Shown piece after piece: positions 1 through 11,775 of a stretch of 50,296 nucleotides of DNA. How positions within the stretch are numbered: position 1 is the first letter of the stretch; each line of letters opens with the position of its first letter. The stretch lies in assembly GCA_000934665.2 (NCBI GenBank), contig JYFJ02002827.1, positions 1 to 50,296 on the forward strand, in the 5' to 3' direction. The notes beneath the pieces are model-generated. The model was not told where the DNA came from, did no database searches, and worked only from the letters and a program-made list of their open reading frames with translations. Source of the stretch: Catajapyx aquilonaris (Eukaryota). A program made the position numbers and the translations under genes.

Positions 1-82
1 ACGAAAATTGTCTCCAATGCATTCATAGTGCAGACTGTATAGTGCAGAGCATAAGTTATGTGTACTGTCAAAAAAGAACTGA

Positions 83-853
83 AATTAGATCAAAAACCTT
101 CCCTTCGGTAAAAAAAAGAGAAGTAAGACCTCCGCGGAGGAATAAAAGTGCTGAAACAAGGCAGGCGCACGTAAGACCTTCACCAATTGATTTAAGCTGT
201 ACCATAGGTCTTACTCAAGCAATTCTCAAGTACTGTATGGAACGGCTCGTAAAAATTACTGCTGCAAACTACTCAGAGCAGTAGGTAGGATTTTATTATG
301 AAAAGAAAAAAATGGGGGAAAAACTAAACCCATTCTAACAGACTTGGTCCAATCGAAAAAGACCCTTTAAAATTCACCAATTAACGTTTATATGTGAAAA
401 ATTAAACATTAGAGTTAAAATCCGCATCTAAAAGAGAGGTGACGATTCTGCATGAATGTTTCATGGCAATAATTCGCACTAATCGCATAGAAATTCAATG
501 TGCTTAATATTGAAGTTCCTAATTTCAGAAAACACTAATATGGAGTGGCTCATGGAAAACTAATACTGCCAATAAGAGCTAACTAAGATACTGCTAACTA
601 AGCAGTACCATTGCACTACACTGGTACTGCTAAGTTAGAAGTAACTAGTAGGACGACAGAAATTCCACAAATTTGTTTTCAGAAAGGAGACTTCATGAGC
701 AGTGAATTGGAAATTGCTTGAGTAACACCTATGGTACAGCTTAAATCAATTGGTGAAGGTCTTACGTGCGCCTGCCTTGTTTCAGCACTTTTATTCCGCC
801 GCGGAGGTCTTACTTCTCTTTTTTTTACCGAAGGGAAAGTTTTTGATCTAATT
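83..853. mobile_element. Non-autonomous DNA transposon / foldback element with ~142-bp terminal inverted repeats
   Basis: 83-224 is the near-perfect reverse complement of 712-853. This explains the shared peptide in ORFs 42..284(+) and 679..924(-). No transposase inside. Confidence 0.8.
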
Positions 854-910
854 AATTTTATCCTGAGACGGTTTATTTCTTCATATTTAAGCCAAATGAA
901 CGATACAAAG

Positions 911-1109
911 CAATAAGGGCCCAATTGTGAGCGTTAAAAGTATTTAAATGAAATATAAATTACAAGGACATTTCAATGAAAGTGCTGTTCATGTTGTACA
1001 TATCTCATTAGGTTTAGAGCACAATTGCCTACCATGAACAGAAACAGAAATAAATAGTATTTTTTTCGCTTCCTGGACATTTTCTATTTTCACAATTGGG
1101 CCCTTATTG
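911..1109. mobile_element. MITE, possibly PIF/Harbinger-like
   Basis: Perfect 20-bp IR caataagggcccaattgtga (911-930) / tcacaattgggcccttattg (1090-1109). TAA-GGGCCC...GGGCCC-TTA ends fit Harbinger-type termini. Confidence 0.65.
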
Positions 1110-1125
1110 AATTGTTGTCTTCAGT

Positions 1126-1303
1126 TCTGCCTTCAGATGTAAGAAGACCATAACTCAAAAACTAGTAAGGGTGAAAGTCGCATGCATGCCCTGCACTGAT
1201 CCTCTCTGAGTCCTCTGAGTCAAGGGGGGTTAGTGCAGGGCATGCATGCGACATTCACCCTTACTAGTTTTTGAGGTACGGTCTTCTTACATCTGAAAGC
1301 AGA
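1126..1303. mobile_element. Hairpin MITE (~75-bp arms)
   Basis: tctgccttcagatgtaagaagacc...gcatgcatgccctgcact pairs with agtgcagggcatgcatgc...ggtcttcttacatctgaaagcaga. Confidence 0.7.
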
Positions 1304-1498
1304 GTTGTAGGTAAGATGACCTCTTGTATCAGTCTGCACCCATCACAGTAAACTGTTATCACCTGTTACTAATATAGTTACTTTTATTGGCTATCAAAAG
1401 TAATAGAGCTCTGATAACATTAGGTCGTGTTGATAATAATTATTATGTTTGTGTTATTTTAGTCACCTATCCCAGCTCTGAATATTGCAAGGAATGTA

Positions 1499-2035
1499 CC
1501 GTATTACCTCTCATATTGTGGCACGCCGGTATAAAATGAGGTCGACCAGCATGCCAGTATAACCGGGGGTGGCTGGCATGCTGCAATAACCAAGGTAGAT
1601 TTCCGTAATTTTGACCCTTGCCCAATTTTTTGGAATGAGTCTGGTACCATACTAAAATAATGTTACAATGAAAATGGGCGAGTGTACAAGCTGTGAGAAT
1701 ATGCAACTTCTGTTGCACAGTGCATATAAAAAATGTAGAATGTGTGACCAATCCCATCGTCAGCCTGCTTTGACAGGGGAACCCCCTGCTCCAACATACT
1801 GTTTAAATAGAGATTATTGCCAGAAAATGTGCTTTTTTGATAGCCTTTAAGTGAATTTTGCTTTTCAGGCAAATGTCAAGTTGGGAAAGGATAATGTAAC
1901 TTATGTGAAAACCTCGCCTTATCCCAGCATACCTCGCCTTATACCGGCATGCCCGTATAGTCACCAGATCAAGCATTTTTTTAAACTGGTCGACCTCGCC
2001 TACACCGGCAAGCCGCAATATGAGAGGTTATACGG
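1499..2035. mobile_element. Tc1/mariner-superfamily (Tc2/pogo-like) MITE
   Basis: TA|CCGTATTACCTCTCATATTG ... CAATATGAGAGGTTATACGG|TA, i.e. TA TSD. Subterminal repeats of cctcgcc(t)tataccggca. Confidence 0.8.
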
Positions 2036-3522
2036 TACTGTACATACACTTATTTGCCGTGTTATGTAACATTTGTGGTCCAAAAAGAAACATGTAAGTA
2101 TCACTATATTAGAGTGAACCAAATGGTGCAACTGCATGAATAATCTCATCCCCCTCATATCATTTCAGTAATCTAATAATAAATAAAATATCTCAGACAT
2201 TGAAATTAGTGGCCTAAATCTAAGAACTTGACTGCCCCAGGACAATTAGTGTAGCCAGAACAAGTGGCTGAAGCTTGTTATGCATTGGTTCTGATATTGT
2301 TACCAAGAATGAATACATGATCAACAAGTTCTGGATCAATCCTACGTTCTGAGGGTAAGACAATAATTATGATGATCAAACTCTCAGGCATGGTTCAGGT
2401 TTTTCAGGTAGGCTGACCTGTCTAAAAAAAGTAAAAGATCTGCTTTTCATGTTCAATTACTTGACACACAGGCTTTATTTTTTTTCCATGAACATGAACA
2501 TTGTTCGGTTTTACACTACAAACACAGGGCAAAATCTTGTCAAAAACTACAATATCTTTATAATTGCTTACCTGTTTCTAAAATGTTAAATGAGGAAGTT
2601 TTCTTGTTCCTAATGCTACTTATACCATTGTTAGCACCAACCCTATAAGCTACACATTATCTTTTGCCATGCCCATAGGTTCACACACTTGTGAGTGTGA
2701 ATGTTACATTTGTCGGATACAAAATGGCAAGGAATCTTCCTCTGGCAAACAAAGCACCATTAAAAAATTGCTCAACTCAAGATTCTACCCTGATTTTTAA
2801 TATTCCTACACAGTATCAGTTAGGTACATTTACAAAAATGTCCCACAAAATAGATCAAGCCAATACTTAACATCATTTTAAAATGTGTCATGTTAGAATT
2901 TTAATGGCTACACTTTCATATCGGCTGACACCACACTTTTAACTACTTATTTCCTAGGCCTGTATCCGTTGAATGATTGGCCTGTATCTGCTGAAGGATA
3001 GACTGTCTGTATCCACTGGGAAGGAAAGTTAGATCATGGGTTATGTTGGTACAGGCGTACAACGTACCCCTACCCATCCCAAGTTTGGTCAGCCGATATG
3101 AAAGTCCTTCCTTTTTAACATTGTTATCATGTCCCTGCATATCACTGGTTTAACACACTCAAAAAATTGCAAGCAAAATAAATACAAACTAACACACAAA
3201 TACATACAAAATTCCTTCAGGTGCCCAAAACTCTAGAATAGCACAACTGGGCATACACACGTACAAGCTACTAGCCTAAATGTAAACATCTGGCATTGCT
3301 TGACTACACCTGCAGGAAAATTATATTACTCGAGATCATACTCTACAAGATCAAATCTTGCAGTTTGTTCTAAATTATTAGAGAAAAACTTGGCACATGG
3401 ACATTTCTCCCACCTCAGAGTCCAAAGAAAAATAACTAAACCAAATACTACAAAGTAATGCAAAATGCTCAATATCCTCAATCCTCTTTATGTATACTCC
3501 TACCTACACATGTGAAAAATGA

Positions 3523-3940
3523 AGGCTGCATAGCAACTGTTGTATTCTAAATTAGCTTTCCCAATATGAGAAAGGAGTACATTACATCAAAAGAATTCAA
3601 GTTTTGCCATTTTTGTCCACAAAATGTAGTAAAAACACACATCAAAACAAACCTTGATACAAAATATATGGCAGAAAATATATGGTATAATTCCACTTTA
3701 AAGTGCAGTAGAAAAATCATCCTTGCGCTGGTTCCATCCCAAATCTACTGCACCTTGAAGTGGAATTATACCATATATTTTCTGCCATATATTTTGTATC
3801 AAGGTGTACACCTTGTTTTGATGTGCGTTTTTACTACATTTTGTGGACAAAAATGGCAAAACTTGAATTCTTTTGATGTAATGTACTCCTTTCTCATATT
3901 GGGAAAGCTAATTTAGAATACAACAGTTGCTATGCAGCCT
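3523..3940. mobile_element. Foldback element: near-perfect hairpin with ~190-bp arms and ~31-bp loop
   Basis: 3523-3712 is the reverse complement of 3744-3940 apart from a few mismatches and one ~7-nt insertion. Confidence 0.85.
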
Positions 3941-3983
3941 GCACTGAAAGTTGTGGTACAATTGTACCACAACTTTCAGTGCA
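3940..3983. repeat. Perfect 44-bp spacer-less palindrome
   Basis: tgcactgaaagttgtggtacaa|ttgtaccacaactttcagtgca. Confidence 0.95.
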
Positions 3984-4324
3984 CCAATACCACTCCATAT
4001 GAAAGCTGCCATGTAGCCAAGACTCTGGAATCTACACTTTGCGCAATGTACTCTAGATCTTAATGCGTATGTGCTTATTAAATATCAGGGTATTGGTATA
4101 CAGTAAATGCCCGTCCCAATAGTTATATCTTTCGCACTCTGCCTTCAAAGGATTTGATCGTCTTATTTGTGATATTCTCCTGACTACCAGTTGAGGTCTC
4201 TACAGAGAAGTTGTCGCAACTGCCATGCCAAATAAAAACCGGAGTGTGAAGAGCACGAGGAAGAGCATTATAACATGAGGACATATCATTTATATAGGCA
4301 GTCGTATCAGGTTAGATACTCATC

Positions 4325-4428
4325 GGTACTATATCGCTCAAAAACATAGAGATGATATTTGATTCAAGTGCAGGCTGCACGTGAGTCAAATGCAAAATGG
4401 TCTCTATGTTTTTGAGCGATATAGTACC
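4325..4428. mobile_element. Mini-MITE with 28-bp IR
   Basis: ggtactatatcgctcaaaaacatagaga (4325-4352) / tctctatgtttttgagcgatatagtacc (4401-4428). Confidence 0.7.
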
Positions 4429-4684
4429 TAGTGTAACTGACCTACAGTAACTATGTTATAATTTAAAGAGGACTGCTGTTTTTTTTTTCCTTTTAGGATA
4501 TAAAATCATTTTCTACATGTTCTATGCCTTAAGTGCAATGGGTATATATATATATATGTTCAAACATTCTAAAGGATGTGCAATGGGTGTATGACCTTAA
4601 AGCTGCAGGTGCATTTTTACGTAAAATCCTGTATAATATTCTTAATATTATACTGAAATACACCCAAGAAAGATCCACAAGTGA

Positions 4685-6454
4685 TTATGAAAGTGGACCC
4701 TCCAAATGGCCCCCTGGTCCCCTGACCCCCCTGACTCCCGTGACTCTTTGTCCTGGTGATAATGACTTCTGCTTGATTTCGTCTAGTTGTTTAGCAGAAA
4801 TCTTGACAAATGTTCCCTTTCTTGTAGTCATCACCTCGGAAAACTTTATGCCAGATGGCATGGGAATGCTCTGACGACTGCCATAGTTGCGCCGAATCAA
4901 CATCTGTCCAGCCGGTAATCCTTGCCCTGGAGGTGCCTTTCCTTGACCACTACCTGCAGATGCAAAAAACTTTTGTGTTGGGAGGTAAACATTAAATGTA
5001 GATGATGACTTGCCTGATGGGGTTGGTTGCACTGATGAGGGTTGTGGTCCCACCAGCTTGAGAGACATCACCTCCTCATCATTTTCATCTCTGATGGTTA
5101 AGGCTGGAGGAAACTGGTGAGGTGACTCTGGGGTGTCCTCCGGTTCATACTTCACCTCTTCAGTGCGTTCTCCATACCCCCGGTCAAATATGACACGCCC
5201 ACCCCGTCCTATTCGGCGTCGTATTATCCCGACTTTGGAAGGGGCCTGCGAAACTGGAATATCTGGTACCTCTGGTACATCTTTTGGTGCTAGGTAGGTG
5301 CAGTTCTCCCTTGGGCGAAATGCAAATGGATCTTCATCAGCTGACTCATCATCACTTTCTTGGTCATATTGCTCAGGTAGTGCATGAAATCTAGTTTTCC
5401 CACCGGTTGACAAAAACCGCTTAGGAACAGTTGGTGGTGTATCCTTCAGGTTCACCCAAGAAGGCTTGCCAGGATGGAACTTCTGTGCCGGAAATTTTCC
5501 ACCCAGTACCCAGTCTGCATCATTACCATGCTGCAGCGGTCCTAATGATTTGCCTTTTAGTGGTGCTCTTGCTGGTGATGGAGGTGTCACCTCACGAATC
5601 AACTTGCCGTCAAAGTCTCCTGCACTGTATCTTGCCTCAAATATCTTCAGATTCATCTTGAGCTTCTCTTTTTTCATTGTTTCCCGACGAGACACTAAGT
5701 CAAGCAGTGTCTGCACTTGACGTGTGTCATGTTGCAAGTCCAACATTTTCTCATATGATCCTTCATCATTCTTTCTATTGCGACGTGTTTGCATACGTCC
5801 AGAGTGACGGCGAAAAGCTACATATGGGTGGTTACCACTGACAGGTTCCGTCTTGGTACGTATCAGAAGAGGGCGTTGCAGTACCAAACGCTTATTCAGC
5901 CAATAGTTGTACACATTCGTTACAACATCATTAGGGGATTTAATAAATAACTTTTGGGCTTCCTCCAGTGGAACCACCTTATTTACACTTTGTGCCTCCA
6001 AACGATCTACCATTCCCTCAAATGCAAGGCCTTCCACATCATTAGCTGAACACCACTGCTCATCATCCGAATCCATGTCATAGTCCGGCGGTGTTACATC
6101 CCCACCGAGTTGTTCTGCACGTATTAACTGCTCCGGTTGTGTGTAGTTACATGGATAGCACCGATCGTATTCTTCCGGATCAGATATGTCAAGTACCCCT
6201 GGGGTTGGTATGGGATTTCCTTCATGTATAGCTTTTTGCAGGTGGTGCTCACATTCCTCATCCTTATCCATGCCAGTAGGCATCTGCGGTACACCACGGG
6301 TGATTCCAGTTTCTGGCAAGTCAGACCTGTCCTCACCAGCATACATGATCGTCATTGGTCTAGAAGGGTCCAGAGCACGTGCACGAAATGACAGCTTGTT
6401 CTTTGCAGGACGTGAAGTCGCACTCGTTGAAGTTGAAGGGGCCGTGGGACTCAT
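4685..6454 (-). CDS. EPC: Enhancer of polycomb-like protein (NuA4/TIP60 scaffold family), 589 aa, single-exon CDS
   Basis: EPcA motifs KLSFRARALD, VPQMPTGMDKDEECEHHLQ, PDYDMDSDDE, HPYVAFRR, MQTRRNRKNDEGSYEKML. EPcB motifs DPFAFRPR..TYLAP and RRRIGRGGRVIFDR. gccATG context; splice acceptor (ttttcag) just upstream, exon starting at 6487. Confidence 0.93.
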   Translation of the reverse strand: MSPTAPSTSTSATSRPAKNKLSFRARALDPSRPMTIMYAGEDRSDLPETGITRGVPQMPTGMDKDEECEHHLQKAIHEGNPIPTPGVLDISDPEEYDRCYPCNYTQPEQLIRAEQLGGDVTPPDYDMDSDDEQWCSANDVEGLAFEGMVDRLEAQSVNKVVPLEEAQKLFIKSPNDVVTNVYNYWLNKRLVLQRPLLIRTKTEPVSGNHPYVAFRRHSGRMQTRRNRKNDEGSYEKMLDLQHDTRQVQTLLDLVSRRETMKKEKLKMNLKIFEARYSAGDFDGKLIREVTPPSPARAPLKGKSLGPLQHGNDADWVLGGKFPAQKFHPGKPSWVNLKDTPPTVPKRFLSTGGKTRFHALPEQYDQESDDESADEDPFAFRPRENCTYLAPKDVPEVPDIPVSQAPSKVGIIRRRIGRGGRVIFDRGYGERTEEVKYEPEDTPESPHQFPPALTIRDENDEEVMSLKLVGPQPSSVQPTPSGKSSSTFNVYLPTQKFFASAGSGQGKAPPGQGLPAGQMLIRRNYGSRQSIPMPSGIKFSEVMTTRKGTFVKISAKQLDEIKQKSLSPGQRVTGVRGVRGPGGHLEGPLS

Positions 6455-6818
6455 GGCTGATCCAACAATGAAACCAGTAGAGTCAGTCTGAAAAAAGCAA
6501 GAGCAAACTGCAGAATTTCTAATATCAGCATGTATGCAGTCATGTGAGCCAAAGAATATGCAACCGACCAGACAGCATATTAGTAAGAATCATCCTCTAA
6601 GCATGTGGGTCGTCATTGCCTGACCCAGCAATCCCATCTACACATCCTCTTTCAATCCCCCAAAACCAATATAGTGGCAGGAACTTGAAGGTCATGTAAA
6701 CAAATTATTACGGCCTGTTCATTTTGTTGGTGCATGTTACAACTGCCCCATTACAGAAGTAAACTCCAAAAGTGTCCCAGCTCTTAACTGCCAAAATAAG
6801 TAAAACCTAGCTACATGC

Positions 6819-6886
<68 letters not shown>

Positions 6887-6925
6887 CATCATCATCATCA
6901 TCATTATCATCATCATCATCATCAC
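6819..6925. repeat. Compound (AAT)n-(CAT)n microsatellite
   Basis: Directly visible trinucleotide runs. Confidence 0.95.
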
Positions 6926-7125
6926 CGCCACCACCATCACGACATTTTCCTATAAGTAGGCCTATAAGGGGTCAGCGATGAAGGGAGGACGCAAGCTAAC
7001 CCCACATATGAACTAATTAAAACTTGTGAAAATAAAGCTATAAACAACCCGTCCACACCCCACCCCTGCCCATTTCAGACGACAGACACTGAATATTAAA
7101 TTTTAATATGACACTATGCAACACA

Positions 7126-7553
7126 GTGCAGTACTCCGCCATATCAAGTCCCCCTCCTCACCACCAGCCACTACTCCGGACACCCTGGCCACGCCAACGT
7201 GTATGGCACCACCCTTGCACCTCATCGACCCCGCCAGGGACGTCCCCTCTACTCGCCAGAGCGAAGGAATCCTTATTCTCAGACCTATCTACCTATTTAC
7301 CCATTAATTAACCTACGCCATTTACACCTATCCAAACAAAGAACCTTAGCCTCAGCCACATCCATGGTCCCTACTGACACATGAACATCGGCTTAACACT
7401 ACCAACACCGTTAAGACACTGACTCACCTGGTCTAACCATGTCTTCCTAGGCCTACCCTTTCCCCTCTTACCAACTACTCCACCCAAATAAACCTTCTTC
7501 ACAATCTCCTCCTCCTTCATCCTCTCCACATGGCCAAACCACCTTAGAGTAGA
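7126..7553 (-). mobile_element. 5'-truncated RTE-clade LINE 3' fragment
   Basis: Minus-strand translation TLRWFGHVERMKEEEIVKKVYLGGVVGKRGKGRPRKTWLDQV, then after a frameshift MDVAEAKVLCLDRCKWRRLING* (stop 7297-7299). Typical RTE ORF C-terminus; 3' boundary approximate. Confidence 0.85.
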
Positions 7554-8358
7554 CCTACACTACCTGAGGGCTGCAGGCTCCACTCTCGAAGTAATACTTG
7601 TGAAAAGTTAGGTACATGCTATGATAAGGTAATTGCAACCCAATAAAATTGTTTTCTATCCTAAATAAAATTTTTGGAGCATGCCTCCAAATCGCCTGTT
7701 ACAGTTGGCAGCCATGACAATTGTGACTGGGCACAAAAACATCAGATGCGAATGGAATGCATATAGGATTGAACAGCATTTACTGCTGCATCGGGGGGAT
7801 ATGTTTCCCTCATTTTAACCCTTCTTATTAACATTCCAATTCTAGACTCTCAGTTGACTAGGAAGTAGCTTCATATCCACCTTAAACGAGCCCATGGCAG
7901 TAAAATAAGTAAATAAACATTCCACCTTATTCCCTTACACATGCATCTAAGTACAAGTTAAATAACCAGGGAGACATGACACAACCCTGCTTAACCCCAA
8001 CACTAATGTTAAACCAGTCAGAGAAACCCCCACTAGTTCTAACATATAAGCTCTATACTCTCTTCATACAATGACATTACAGCCTCCAACAGGCGACCCT
8101 TCACTCCATAGAGACTCAGAACTTCCCACAAACCTTCCCTACTTATTACTGTGTCATAGGCTGTCTCTATAAGTCTACAAAGGCAACATAAACCTTCTTA
8201 TTGTTTACAACTAAATACTTTTCTATCACGAGTCTCATACAGAATATCTCATCTACACAACTCTTCCCGGTTTTGAAACCAGCAATGCTGGTATGCTGGT
8301 GTTTGCTGGTCTTGCTGGTTTCAAAACCAGCACGAAAAGTGCATGCTAAGGATTTGAT

Positions 8359-8395
8359 AGAGAATACTGAATATTCAGAGTGGGTTTATGTCGGG

Positions 8396-8426
<31 letters not shown>

Positions 8427-8867
8427 TCTCTCCCTCTCTCTCCCTCTCTCTCCCTCTCTCTCCCTCTTTCCCCCCCCTCTCTCCCTCCCTCCCTCCCTCC
8501 CTCTCTCATCTCTCTCCCTCTTTTCCCCCCTCTCTCTCCCTCTCTCTCTCCCTTCCCTCCCTCCCTCTCCCTCCTTCCGGCGGGGGGAAAGGGAGAGAGA
8601 GAGAGAGAGGAAGGTGGGAGGGAGGGAGGGAAGGGAGAGAGAGGGGGGGAGAGAGAGGGAGAGAAGGAGAGAGAGAGAGAGGAGAGAGGGGGGGGAGAGG
8701 GAGGGAGGGAGAGAGGGAGAGAGAGAGAGACTTTCTTTTCTTTTTCTTTGTTCTTTTTTTTCTCTCTCTCTCTCTCCCTCCCTCTCTCTCTCTCCCTTCC
8801 TTCCTTCCCTCCCTCTCTCCCTCCTTCCGGCTGGGGAGAGAGAGAGTGGGAGAGGGAGGGAGGGAGA

Positions 8868-8938
<71 letters not shown>

Positions 8939-8975
8939 CCCGACATAAACCCACTCTGAATATTCAGTATTCTCT
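8359..8975. mobile_element. 38-bp inverted repeats enclosing CT/GA microsatellite tracts
   Basis: agagaatactgaatattcagagtgggtttatgtcgggt (8359-8396) / acccgacataaacccactctgaatattcagtattctct (8938-8975). Interior is (CT)-(GA)-(CT)-(GA). Confidence 0.75.
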
Positions 8976-9089
8976 GACTTGTGACCCTCTTATTCTATCA
9001 AAACCTTAGCCTACACTTTTCCTGGTACACTTAACAGACTAATGCTGCGATGATTCTTACATATAATAATAATAATGATGATGATGATG

Positions 9090-9125
<36 letters not shown>

Positions 9126-11011
9126 TAGGGTTGCAGCCTTTTTGCACCGCTGCAAGTTAATAGTTATACGTAACCGTAGCAATTAACCCCCGTACCCACA
9201 CCCATTATTCTCCGTACTCCAGCACATACCTATGATACGACGTGAGTACACCGTCGGTGAAAGCGCGTGGTCGCTATTCTCTTCGGGTGGCACCCACCCT
9301 TGGACAGAGGACACCTGCTCTCCTCTTCTCGGATGGTTGTTCTTAACTGGAGATATGCTCCGGTGTGGATGGGATGGGGATGACGGCCATTGTGATGCCT
9401 GCCACAGCCCAACCGGCCCAACCGACACGCGAAAAGCCGGAAACTGACGTGGAACGTCAGAGTTACCGTATCCGGGTAGGTGAGCTTTATTTATTTTGTC
9501 AAACGGCAATTTAATTAATATCCGTATGTGCCCTATGCATGTACAGTACTTGTCGTCACATGAAAGGCAAAGTCGACTGCGGAACCACATAATAAATCAG
9601 CCAACTACCTTGACGACAATGGCAACTCTGTAGTGCGCTTGATTTGAATTGTTCAGGTGAAATAACGGCGGAAAAATTCAAAATGTGCCACACCCATTTG
9701 CTGGTCATGTAAAAATAAATGCGCAGGTAGTACAAAGACACTGCAGAGCCGTGCAGAGCATTGTAGTACGCATTCGCAACGCCATTCATATAACCATATG
9801 TAACACTCGGCTTGGATAATTATTATTATTATACACTGTGTTATACTGGTTATACTGCTCCAGCCAACTCTCACAGCATCAAGGCCTTTATAAAGAACTA
9901 GCAGGGGACCCGTTCTTCGCATGATAAATGAAAAAAAGCAGAAAGAAGTTTCTAGAACCTGCATAATAATTATGGTCACCATAGAAACAGTTGCTACGGT
10001 GTTTTGCTCCGCAGATGACCATATCCTTCTGTTGGCATTCTGATTGTTTATACCTACACCTGGGCTGGAAGGTGTTCCCCACAGCAGACCTGTGGCCAGC
10101 TAGGAAGTATATGTAGTGGAACAATCGCTTCAGACCTGAGTTCCTATATTCATTTTCTGCATTGATGTGTGTGTTCTAGTCCTAGGAGGATAGATACAAA
10201 TAGCGGGTAAGGAATTATACAGGCCGAGACGGGCATAGCATAAATTATGATGAGTGCTGGTGTGGGGTTGTTAGTATATGTCCTCGTGCAATCATTTTGT
10301 AGTTCTGAAATAGATTATAACTTGAGAAGAATATTGAGACAAAATTCATATAGGCTAATTATAATCATCTGCATTTGAGATTGATTCCTTACATACTGCA
10401 TGATTGTATTAGACCCTTTATAACGTAGTTATTGGTTTGCCGAAGAATCTCCACCATATCTGCAGTACTTCACAATAAAATATGGGTTATCAACTAAATT
10501 GTTGAAGGATCTATACAAATATATTATGCAATTGAATGATTCACTGATATTACGTATAAGTCCAATAAGGTAGTACAAGGTGGGAATTTAAGTACACATG
10601 TTCTTGGATTCGGCATCCAATAAATGTTCAGTTCAATAAACATTTTTTGTTATTGTTCGGATAGTCCCTTTGGTGCTATTTTCACGTCGAATGAGTATTA
10701 GGCCTATTACTAACTTACTTTTGGCTCCAACATAGATATTAAAGGAGCTCCAAATATCTTTAATGTATTTTGCACCCCCACTATTTTGATACGCTGCTGT
10801 ACTTCGGCCATTGTTTCCTTGGTGCCGATTTCGCCTATCTATTTACTGACAGTTAAAAGTTAAAGGTAATTTAAGTGCCATAACTAACTTAAGCTGCAGT
10901 TAGCTCTTAACCGTCTGTGTAATGGATGTAAAAACCGGGCATGGGCCAAAACACATTTAACATAAGAGCTCTGTAACATCTCCGAAATTTTAATGTGCTT
11001 AACAATGATGC

Positions 11012-11032
<21 letters not shown>

Positions 11033-11080
<48 letters not shown>
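11033..11080. repeat. (TTA)n microsatellite
   Basis: Directly visible. Confidence 0.95.
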
Positions 11081-11082
<2 letters not shown>

Positions 11083-11775
11083 GGTCACGAAAGTATTTTT
11101 TTCGCTATTATTATGATTGAGCACAAAGCTTGAGAAGGCCCAGTGCATGGGCGAAATAACTAGCCTAATATGATGCCTTTTTCTGTACCAAACATCCTCA
11201 ATTCCTCATCCACACAATATATATATTGCGTATAAACAAAATATGTTGGTGATTCATGGTGCCAACAACACGCATTCAGTCCTTGTATCCGGGTTGCTGA
11301 GACTATAGTTTTGCTGCTGGTTTTGAGCGGAGCAGTTGTGGTGACAAAATGACTGCACTTACCAAGAGATACTGTATATTATTTCGTAAGGTGTTGAAGG
11401 CTGCGAAGGTGCGAAGACTAAAAATAATGTAAGTGGAATGTGTGTGCAGATACATTCAAAGTAACTTACATTAATCTTGGTATGTTAATTTCATTCTCGG
11501 CATGGAAAGACACCCGCAGTGTCCCTAAATAATTGCTTGGATACTTGTTACGAACAGGTTACGAAGCTGAGATGTACCAAATAAGGAACGGCTGTTGAAC
11601 TGGATGACGCTAAAGCGAACGAACTGAAAAATATGTTTAAAAAATCAAACAATAGGTGTCAGAGAGATTGGAGAAATGCAGCATGCACTATTCAGTTAGT
11701 TACCCTCCTGATTCTTGACTCGGAGTAGCTCACGAGAGAATTTCTTTCACAGGAGCTTGTCTGGAAGATCCATCA

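Noticed and set aside
42..924. Two ORFs sharing a ~55-aa peptide, suggesting duplicated genes
   Set aside because: A by-product of the 142-bp inverted repeats; no splice or domain support.
1668..1850. Cys-rich 60-aa ORF resembling a zinc binder
   Set aside because: Inside a MITE, short, with no consistent domain spacing.
2200..3500. Possible exons (isolated splice-like signals, ORF 2943-3140)
   Set aside because: No consistent open frame or recognisable homology.
3566..3916. 116-aa ORF
   Set aside because: Lies wholly within the foldback hairpin; no recognisable motif.
8201..9009. Long ORFs (146-252 aa) on both strands
   Set aside because: Translations of CT/GA microsatellite (SL/ER runs).
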